Origin: Pyrobaculum calidifontis JCM 11548
Lineage (GTDB): Archaea > Thermoproteota > Thermoprotei > Thermoproteales > Thermoproteaceae
NCBI RefSeq assembly: GCF_000015805.1
Contig: NC_009073.1
Span: 840,001 to 872,000 of the forward strand
Reading direction: 5' to 3'
Length of the DNA: 32,000 nt
The first letter of the stretch is position 1. Each line of letters starts with the position of its first letter. Below the pieces are notes generated by a model, which made no database searches, was not told the origin of the DNA, and saw nothing but the letters and a program-made list of their open reading frames with translations. Of the stretch, positions 26,212 through 32,000 are shown piece by piece. Both the position numbers and the translations under genes were made by a program.

Positions 26212-26826
26212 TTACGGACTTGTGCTAAACACTACGTTTACCTGGTACGTGGCAATTACAGTCTTGCCGTCTCTAGCCGACGTAGGTAGCGATGGGTCTA
26301 CTAGCACATAGGCGCCCACAGTGGCACACTGGCCTGGCCCAATGGACACGCTACCTGTGGCGCTCTGTGTGACACTGGTGCCCTGGAATTGTACGTAGTT
26401 AGGCGTGGTGGTGGGGTTGACGAAGTACACTCGGAAGTCTTTTATGTAGCTCTCGTAGTTAGTGGTACCTACTGTGCCGACGGCCACTAGCTTGGCGTAT
26501 AGTGTCCCGCTGTAGTACTTGTTGCAGAGCTGTAGGACGTTGGTGTAGTTGGTGGGGTCGCCGGTGAAGCCCACTATCGAGATTCTCGTCACGTTGTAGC
26601 CGGTGGAGGGGTCGTAGTAGTAGGAGACGTAGACGTATCTGTTGTAGCCGCTACTGTCTGACCTAGTTATTGTGGTGTCTGTGCCGGGGTACTTCATGGC
26701 TGGAGGCAGTGTGGCGTTGATCAACCAGTACGTCAGGTTAGTAAACGTCAGCGTAGCCATCGCCAGCGCGGCAACTGCCAGCGCCGCCAACGCGATTAGT
26801 GGTCTGTAGTTCTTCTTCCTCGCCAT
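26212..26826 (-). CDS. Secreted beta-rich protein (204 aa), candidate filament/matrix subunit
   Basis: MARKKNYRPLIALAALAVAALAMATLTFTNLTYWLINATLPP signal-like N-terminus. T/Y/V/N-rich body, two Cys (LCN, GQC), many sequons. First gene after a strong TATA box. Confidence 0.7.
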   Translation of the reverse strand: MARKKNYRPLIALAALAVAALAMATLTFTNLTYWLINATLPPAMKYPGTDTTITRSDSSGYNRYVYVSYYYDPSTGYNVTRISIVGFTGDPTNYTNVLQLCNKYYSGTLYAKLVAVGTVGTTNYESYIKDFRVYFVNPTTTPNYVQFQGTSVTQSATGSVSIGPGQCATVGAYVLVDPSLPTSARDGKTVIATYQVNVVFSTSP

Positions 26827-26846
26827 GTGCGCCTGAGACTCATAAG

Positions 26847-26856
26847 TTTAAATATT
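26847..26856 (-). promoter_or_regulatory. TATA box (AATATTTAAA) for the surface operon
   Basis: Lies 21 nt upstream of ATG 26826, consistent with a leaderless transcript. Confidence 0.6.
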
Positions 26857-27361
26857 CAACGTTGTGCCGTTGTATACGTACATGTGCCATGGGCGTCAGA
26901 CATCGAGTAGCATGCAAGCGGGGCCGTCTGTCTCGTTCCGCGTCTGCGCACACCGCCTCTCGCAAGGCGCGCCTAGCGCCGCCGTGGTTTGTCACGGCCG
27001 TTGTTACATATTTTGCGGCGGGCCCCCCATCTTACAGCGCCTAGAGACGCCCAGGGGAGCCTTGCATGCCGTTTGTTATTTCACGCTGGTTTCCGTGCCA
27101 CAGAAGCGGTCTGAAGAGTAGTAGGGTGGATTGGCCCTGCGCCGGGCTGTTGGCTCGACGGCCTGGCCCCAAGGGCGAGCTCCCTAGGCGTGGCTGTGGA
27201 CGGGGGGTCAACAAGGGCGGGATTGCCCGTGGTCTACCGCTATGGATGCGCCATGTGTTTACCTTTTTCTCCCTCTGCTCTTGGAGAGCTTAGCCGCCTA
27301 ATATGCCAGTTATGGTCAACGAGAGACTCACGACGTAGTAGGCCGCGTCTTGTATGTCCCG

Positions 27362-28246
27362 TTAGGCGACTATTTGCACTGCTTTGCACATTTGTACTAG
27401 TATTTCGAATAGTTGTTTGAAGTCGCCTGCGCGTTTTAGGACTTTTGCCTCTCTCTCGTCGTCGTATATTGGGAGGCCGGCGGCCTTTTTTATTCTGCCT
27501 ATGTCTCTGCAGATTTCTAGTCTGCGTTTTAGTAGGTGCATGAGGGCTCCGTCTACCCAGTCTAGGGCCTCTCTGAGGGTGGAGAGGTCTTGTCCTTGTG
27601 GGGCTAGGCCTATGGCGAGGAGGCCGGCGTAGTAGGCGTCGGGGGTGGTCTGGCCGGGGGCTGTGGCTTCGCCTAGGGAGACGTACATTATGGGGCTTCC
27701 CAGGGCGGCGGCGGCGAGCCTGGTGTAGACTCCGTGGGGGCCCATGGCGAAGGCCACTGTGGGCTTCTCTAGGGCGCCTATTAGGGAGAGGACTCTGAGC
27801 CCGTCGGCTGGGCTCCTCGCGTAGGTGGCTATTTTCACCACGTCGCCCACCTCGGCGGCTTTTCTGCCCCACTGCATCAGCACCTCCAGTGGGGGCGTCT
27901 GTTCGAAGTCGTGTCTGCTGGCTATCACCTTGGTGCCTCCGCTGGGGGCCAGCTCCCGTGCGGCTGGGGACTCAGCCTCGACGTCTATGTAGTGGGGCCT
28001 TAGGTCGAGGAGCGACGCGTAGAGCCTTATCCTCTCCTCCTCTGTCCCCCTCCAGGCGCCGCCCTCCTCCCTCCTTCTCACGGTGAATATGGCCACCTTC
28101 TTCTCCACTGCCTCCCTCAGCGCCTGCATCATTTGCTCGTCGACGCGCTCGGCGTAGTCCAGCCTGTACTCAACGCAGGGCGTCGGCGCCTCCAGCGCCC
28201 TGCGTATGTCTGCCACGCCTCTCACGGGCACGGCGCCGCATATCAA
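27362..28246 (-). CDS. aroD: Bifunctional 3-dehydroquinate dehydratase (type I) / chorismate mutase (AroQ) fusion
   Basis: Only the last ~294 codons of track ORF 27362..28903 are real. TTG 28246 gives (M)ICGAVPVRGVADIRRALEAPTPCVEYRLDY. AroD motifs are SRHDFEQTP, VVKIATYA and AFAMGPHGVYTRL. The C-terminal 75 aa (27365-27589), LREALDWVDGALMHLLKRRLEICRDIGRIKKAAGLPIYDDEREAKVL, is an AroQ chorismate mutase pattern. Confidence 0.8.
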   Translation of the reverse strand: MICGAVPVRGVADIRRALEAPTPCVEYRLDYAERVDEQMMQALREAVEKKVAIFTVRRREEGGAWRGTEEERIRLYASLLDLRPHYIDVEAESPAARELAPSGGTKVIASRHDFEQTPPLEVLMQWGRKAAEVGDVVKIATYARSPADGLRVLSLIGALEKPTVAFAMGPHGVYTRLAAAALGSPIMYVSLGEATAPGQTTPDAYYAGLLAIGLAPQGQDLSTLREALDWVDGALMHLLKRRLEICRDIGRIKKAAGLPIYDDEREAKVLKRAGDFKQLFEILVQMCKAVQIVA

Positions 28247-28271
28247 TACCCCATGTCTCTGAGAACTGGTG

Positions 28272-28280
28272 TTTTTAAAA
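28272..28280. promoter_or_regulatory. Near-palindromic TATA element (TTTTTAAAA) shared by divergent aroD-CM and TrpE/PabB-like genes
   Basis: Lies 26 nt from TTG 28246 on the minus strand and 19 nt from GTG 28299 on the plus strand. Confidence 0.55.
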
Positions 28281-28298
28281 CCGTTTGCATGCGCCCCC

Positions 28299-29372
28299 GT
28301 GGAGGGGCGGGCATACTTTAGGAGCGACGTGGTGGAGGTGTACGTAGAGGGGCAAGTGACGTGGGATGTGGAGGAGGTGGCTAGGGCTGTGGGGCGGGGG
28401 GAGGTGGCGGTGGGAGTCTTCACCTTTGACTTCTCCCCCTGGGAGGGGGTTGCGGTGAGGAGGAGGGAGAGGTGGCCGGGGGCCCTCTTCGTGGTTGGGA
28501 GACCCACCTCGCCGATCTTCTCAAGGCCGGCGCGTTGCCGCGTGGAACACCTGGGCGGCTCGGGGGGCTTTCTTGGGGCAGTGGCGGCGGCTAAGGAGGC
28601 CTTGGCCCGGGGCGAGGTTTTCCAGCTCGTGTTGGCGCGGTTTGAGAAATACCTCGTGGAGTGTCCAATTGACACAGTGTATAGGGCCCTCGCCGAGGCG
28701 TCTGAGGGGAGGTACCACTTCTTTTTCGAGGCTGGGGAAGTGGCCCTCGCCGGGGTGTCGCCCGAGATTTTGGCCAGAGTGGAGGGGCGGCGGGTGTTAA
28801 GCGGGCCTATCGGCGGCACAAGGCCGCGGGGGCGCACGGCCGACGAGGACAGGGCGTTGGAGGAGGAGCTCGTGTCGAGCGTTAAGGAGAGGGCTGAGCA
28901 CATAATGCTGGTGGACTCTGTGAGAAACGACTTGGGGAGGGTGTGCGCGTGGGGGAGCGTGAGGCCGGTGGAGGTGCTGAAGGTGGAGAAGTACAGCTAC
29001 GTCCAGCACTTGGTCTCCTACGTGGAGGGGGTTCTCGACCGCTTCTACCGCCCCATTGATGCAGTCTTGGCGCTTAACCCCACTACCACGGTGGTGGGGG
29101 TGCCCAAGCCGAGGGCCATGTCGCTTATAGACATGCTTGAGGAAGAGCCGCGGGGGCCCTTCGCGGGTAGCTTCGGCGTATTGGCCAAGGACTTTGCTGA
29201 CTTTGCCGTGGTCATTAGGAGCGTGTATGGGGAGGGGGACACGTTCTATGTGTGGGCCGGGGCGGGGATTGTGGCAGATTCAAACCCGGCGTGGGAGCTG
29301 AGGGAGACCGAGGTCAAAATGGCGCCTGCCAAGGCCGCGCTGAGGAGGCTAGGTAGTTCTCCACCTCCTTAG
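28299..29372 (+). CDS. Chorismate-utilising enzyme, TrpE/PabB family, short form
   Basis: GEVFQLVLARF, PIGGTRPRG, AEHIMLVDSVRNDLGRV, VVGVPKPRAMSLI, PRGPFAGSFG and WAGAGIVADSNPAWELRETEVK motifs. Start moved to GTG 28299 because the TATA box lies inside the track start (28269). Confidence 0.8.
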   Translation: MEGRAYFRSDVVEVYVEGQVTWDVEEVARAVGRGEVAVGVFTFDFSPWEGVAVRRRERWPGALFVVGRPTSPIFSRPARCRVEHLGGSGGFLGAVAAAKEALARGEVFQLVLARFEKYLVECPIDTVYRALAEASEGRYHFFFEAGEVALAGVSPEILARVEGRRVLSGPIGGTRPRGRTADEDRALEEELVSSVKERAEHIMLVDSVRNDLGRVCAWGSVRPVEVLKVEKYSYVQHLVSYVEGVLDRFYRPIDAVLALNPTTTVVGVPKPRAMSLIDMLEEEPRGPFAGSFGVLAKDFADFAVVIRSVYGEGDTFYVWAGAGIVADSNPAWELRETEVKMAPAKAALRRLGSSPPP

Positions 29373-30135
29373 CTACCTCGACCGCCTCTCTCGCCTCGGC
29401 CTCCCCCAAGAGGTACTTGTAGAGGGGCTTGTGGAACTTTTCTACGAACTTCATCCAGCCCGGGCCCCTCAGGGGCCTGGCGGCCTCTAGGAGGCCTCTG
29501 TGGCGCTTCCACTCACCCCACTGCGCGTCCAGATAGGGGGGAGGATAGGCATAGGTGTACAGCGGCTTGGGCTTGTGCCCTCTCCACGTAAGCCCCCAGA
29601 TGCCGGAGATGGGGCCCCAGGGCGGCGCCTCAAGCGCGACGTCGCTTGCCCAAGCCGTCCACATGACTCCCCAGACGTATGCGCCGGCTCGGGCCCCCTC
29701 CACGAGCTCCCTCGGAGTCCTCGGGGCGCATCTGTACACCTCCCGTGCGGCGGCCAGCGCAGACTTCACGTCGCGGTGGATTAAGTACAGGGGGAGGAAG
29801 AGGTCCGTGACAAGGGGCTCCCCGGGCTTTGCCAATAGGCCGAGGCATTTGCCGAAGGGCGCCTTGAAGGCGGCCTGCACGTTGCCGAGCATGGGCAACA
29901 TCCTCCCCGCCAAGTGCGACAGCTGGCTTGGTAGCAGGCCGGGGGGCTCGGGCGCCTCTCCCTCGGCCTCGTAGAGCCAGGGCTCCTCCACGTAGTAGAC
30001 CCCCGGCTTTCCCTCGACGTATCTGCGGTAGAGCGACATGTAGTCCAGCTCCACGTATTCGCATCCGAGGGCCTTTGCCAGCGGCTTTAGAAAGACCGCG
30101 TGGTAGCCCTCTCTGCCGTACAGCTTACACGCCAC
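29314..30135 (-). CDS. Conserved-looking hypothetical protein (273 aa), W/Y/P-rich, no motif recognised
   Basis: Codon usage matches neighbouring genes (GC3-rich, aag/gag/tac). GTG start 18 nt from a TATA box. The 3' end overlaps the convergent TrpE/PabB-like gene by 59 nt. Confidence 0.55.
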   Translation of the reverse strand: MACKLYGREGYHAVFLKPLAKALGCEYVELDYMSLYRRYVEGKPGVYYVEEPWLYEAEGEAPEPPGLLPSQLSHLAGRMLPMLGNVQAAFKAPFGKCLGLLAKPGEPLVTDLFLPLYLIHRDVKSALAAAREVYRCAPRTPRELVEGARAGAYVWGVMWTAWASDVALEAPPWGPISGIWGLTWRGHKPKPLYTYAYPPPYLDAQWGEWKRHRGLLEAARPLRGPGWMKFVEKFHKPLYKYLLGEAEAREAVEVAKEVENYLASSARPWQAPF

Positions 30136-30152
30136 AAGCGGAAAATGGCCGC

Positions 30153-30162
30153 AAATAAAAAT
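30153..30162 (-). promoter_or_regulatory. TATA box (ATTTTTATTT) for the 273-aa gene
   Basis: Lies 18 nt upstream of GTG 30135. Confidence 0.5.
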
Positions 30163-30166
30163 CCAG

Positions 30167-30175
30167 TTTTATATA
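30167..30175 (+). promoter_or_regulatory. TATA box (TTTTATATA) for the aminotransferase-shikimate kinase operon
   Basis: Lies 16 nt upstream of GTG 30191. In-frame GTG 30206 is an alternative start. Confidence 0.5.
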
Positions 30176-30190
30176 CTGCACATATCTAAC

Positions 30191-31189
30191 GTGGACTTCG
30201 CCTCTGTGCTAGAGCGTATTAGGGCGTCGGGGCCTAGGCACCGCCTCGACATAGGCGACCCCGACCTTCCGCCGCCGCCTGAGCTCTTGGAGGCCCTTGG
30301 GAGAGCGCGCGACTTTCGGTACGGGCCTCCCGAGGGGCTTCCCGAGTTTAGAGAGGCTGTGGCGGAGGTCTTCGGCGTTGAGCCGGGCGAGGTGGCGGCC
30401 GTGGCTGGGGGGAGGCTGGGCCTCGCGGCGCTTATGTGGAAGTTCCGTAGGGAGAGGCTGTTGACGCCGAGGCCCTTCTATCCCGGCTACTTGGAAATTG
30501 CCGAGGTCTTCGGCATAGGCCTTGGCTTTGTGGAGGCGGGCGTGGGGTGGCTTCCCAGCTTCTCCGAGCGGGGGGTCTACGTGGTCAACTATCCCAACAA
30601 CCCCACGGGGGTGGTCCTCCCGAGGGCCAAGGTGAGGGAGCTTGTGGACGTGGCGTCTTTTGTCATAAGCGACGAGATCTACAGAGACATCGTCTTTGCG
30701 GAGTTCACATCGCCGGCTGAGCTGAGCTCCTCTGTGGCTGTGGTGTACAGCTTCTCCAAGGTCTTCTCTATCCCGGGCCTCAGGATCGGCGCCGTGGTGG
30801 GGCCCCGCGAGGTGGTGAAGGAGGTGGCCAAGTTCAACAAGGCCACGGTGAACGTCCCCCCGACGCCTGTTCAGAGGGCCGTGGCAGAGGTTATACACAT
30901 ACTGCCTAGGCGGAGGGCGGAGGTCTCTAGGGCGTACGCGGAGAGGGCCCGGCTGGCCGCCGAGACGCTTAAGCTCAAGTTCGTGGAGCCAGGCGGCGCG
31001 TTTTACATTTTCCCAGAGGTGGGCGACGGGGACCGGTGTTTTGAAGAGGCGCTTAAGAGGGGCGTCTCCGTGTTGCCGGGTGGTCTGTACGGCTCGAAGA
31101 GCCATGTGAGAATTGCCTTGGTGGAAGAGGCGCCGCGGCTGGCGGAGGCCTTTAAGGCCCTCAACGAGGCGTGCGCCGGGGGGCCGTGA
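30191..31189 (+). CDS. Class I/II PLP-dependent aminotransferase (likely aromatic/aspartate type)
   Basis: NYPNNPTG and SFSKVFSIPGLRIG (PLP lysine) motifs, 332 aa. The antisense 298-aa ORF is rejected. Confidence 0.85.
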   Translation: MDFASVLERIRASGPRHRLDIGDPDLPPPPELLEALGRARDFRYGPPEGLPEFREAVAEVFGVEPGEVAAVAGGRLGLAALMWKFRRERLLTPRPFYPGYLEIAEVFGIGLGFVEAGVGWLPSFSERGVYVVNYPNNPTGVVLPRAKVRELVDVASFVISDEIYRDIVFAEFTSPAELSSSVAVVYSFSKVFSIPGLRIGAVVGPREVVKEVAKFNKATVNVPPTPVQRAVAEVIHILPRRRAEVSRAYAERARLAAETLKLKFVEPGGAFYIFPEVGDGDRCFEEALKRGVSVLPGGLYGSKSHVRIALVEEAPRLAEAFKALNEACAGGP

Positions 31190-32000
31190 AGTGTGCGAGG
31201 GCCTGCGCGTGGGGCGGGGGGACTATAATTAACGCCATTGCCACAGGTCTCGGCGCCGCTTTCCCCATCTCTATGAGGGCGACGGCGGAGGTCTGTGAGG
31301 CGGAGCGCGACTCCGTCTCCACATATGCCGACGTGGACATGGGGCCTGTCTTGAGAGCCGTGGCCCTTGTGAGAGAGAAGCTGGGCTTGGGGCCTCTCTC
31401 TGTCAGGATAGAGGGCGATTTGCCCACCGCGGGGGGGCTTAAGTCGAGTAGCGCCACGTTAAACGCCGTCATTAGAGCCGCGGCGGAGCTCGCGGGGGTT
31501 AAACTCGACTTATTCGACGCGGCGAGGCTGAACGCGCAGATAAGCAGAGAGGTGGGGATAAGCGTGACGGGGGCCTTTGACGACGCCGTGGCCAGCGCCG
31601 TCGGCAGAGCGTATCTCACCGACAACTTCAAGCTAGTGGTGATTAGGGAGTTGGACGTGTCGGGGAGGGCCGTGGTGTTGATACCGCCGTGGGAGAAGCG
31701 AAGGCACAAGCTGGAGGAGATGGGGGCCTTGGCGCCCGTCGTCAGAGTCGCTGTGTCGCACGCGGGGCTTGGCATGTGGAAGGAGGCCATGCTGATAAAC
31801 GCGGTGGCCTACGGCTACGCCCTCGGCTACCCCCCAGACCCCCTCCTCGACGCGCTGAAGCTGGGGGCCGTTGGCGGAGTGTCGGGGACGGGGCCCTCCC
31901 ACGTCTTCGTCGCCGAGGACCCAGAGCGGCTTGCCCAAGCCTTGGCCAAGTATGGGAAAACCTACGTGGTGGATATCCCGAGAGGCCCTTGCGAGGCGTA
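31186..32000 (+). CDS. Archaeal-type shikimate kinase (GHMP kinase family), 3' end beyond the window
   Basis: Not in the ORF track (runs off the edge). My translation from GTG 31186 (GTGA overlap with the aminotransferase stop) gives VKCARACAWGGGTIINAIATG...GDLPTAGGLKSSSATLNAVIRAAAEL...GVSGTGPSHVFV. These are GHMP motifs. Confidence 0.8.
   Translation, partial: MKCARACAWGGGTIINAIATGLGAAFPISMRATAEVCEAERDSVSTYADVDMGPVLRAVALVREKLGLGPLSVRIEGDLPTAGGLKSSSATLNAVIRAAAELAGVKLDLFDAARLNAQISREVGISVTGAFDDAVASAVGRAYLTDNFKLVVIRELDVSGRAVVLIPPWEKRRHKLEEMGALAPVVRVAVSHAGLGMWKEAMLINAVAYGYALGYPPDPLLDALKLGAVGGVSGTGPSHVFVAEDPERLAQALAKYGKTYVVDIPRGPCEA

Noticed and set aside
27091-27105. The imperfect dyad TTCCGTGCCACAGAA, considered as a possible origin recognition box.
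   Set aside because: It is a single copy with no A/T-rich unwinding element. No cdc6/orc1 or whiP gene is adjacent, and the region is GC-rich.
26857-27361. Tested the spacer by eye for SRP RNA (helix 8 GGAA tetraloop with AGCA), RNase P RNA (CR-I GAGGAAAGUCC, CR-V ACAGAAnnCGGCUUA), tRNA T-loops and C/D boxes.
   Set aside because: Only partial resemblances were found, for example CCACAGAAGCGGUCUGA on plus and GCCAGGCC...AGCC on minus. Neither has the matching partner strand or the second conserved region. No call can be made without a covariance-model scan.
28247-28903. The first ~219 codons of track ORF 27362..28903 (513 aa).
   Set aside because: The sequence is S/T/P/R-rich with no motifs and is antisense to the TrpE/PabB-like gene. 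The AroD homology begins only at the TTG at 28246, which is placed correctly relative to the TATA box.
30070-30135. The N-terminus CKLYGREGYHAVFLKPLAKAL of the 273-aa protein, which resembles the [IV]AYLGPxGTF[ST] start of prephenate dehydratases.
   Set aside because: The similarity is confined to about 10 residues. The TRF and ESRP motifs of the PDT and ACT domains are absent, so it cannot support an annotation.
30209-31105. 298-aa minus-strand ORF antisense to the aminotransferase. The same type occurs elsewhere: 31161..31790(-), 6430..7203(+), 7317..7958(+), 22498..23151(+), 24875..25537(+), 25440..26060(-), 27240..27872(-), 3502..4032(+).
   Set aside because: These products are R/P/G/S-rich and low-complexity, with no motifs. 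They lie exactly opposite genes with clear family signatures. They are typical shadow ORFs of GC-rich DNA.
1-32000. A search for CRISPR repeats, transposase or integrase genes, tRNA/rRNA genes and long direct repeats marking a mobile element.
   Set aside because: None were seen. The only repeated DNA is the ATPase paralog pair and its promoter 14-mer.

Overview
GC-rich, tightly packed chromosomal window that looks crenarchaeal. The Pyrobaculum/Thermoproteus-like assignment is an inference from protein style, from A/T-rich TATA boxes 17-22 nt upstream of start codons (leaderless mRNAs), and from frequent 4-nt ATGA gene overlaps. No rRNA, tRNA, CRISPR array or recognisable transposase was found. 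Content from left to right: (1) housekeeping genes: partial Zn-alcohol dehydrogenase, PhoH-like ATPase with KH domain, Nudix hydrolase, NAD-epimerase. (2) A molybdenum hydroxylase operon (FAD, 2Fe-2S and Mo subunits plus a MocA-like cytidylyltransferase) whose large subunit carries the form-II AYRGAGR signature. (3) A split aromatic amino acid supercluster. On the minus strand: tyrS, DAHP synthase and prephenate dehydrogenase. On the plus strand: split transketolase, aroB and aroA. Further right: an aroD-chorismate mutase fusion, a short TrpE/PabB-like enzyme, an unknown 273-aa gene, an aminotransferase and an archaeal GHMP-type shikimate kinase. (4) An accessory stretch with a decayed Arch_ATPase paralog, a decayed MNT-HEPN toxin-antitoxin pair, ilvD and two intact tandem Arch_ATPase paralogs. 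(5) The most interesting part: an eight-gene, translationally coupled minus-strand operon (20270-26826). It encodes three related beta-rich secreted or anchored proteins, a 410-aa secreted protein, two small 4-TM proteins, a Ras-like small GTPase and a membrane-tethered winged-helix regulator. No recognisable type IV pilus, archaellum, sortase or signal-peptidase machinery is encoded. A ~500-bp ORF-free GC-rich spacer precedes it. Many long ORFs in the track are antisense shadow ORFs typical of GC-rich DNA and were rejected.
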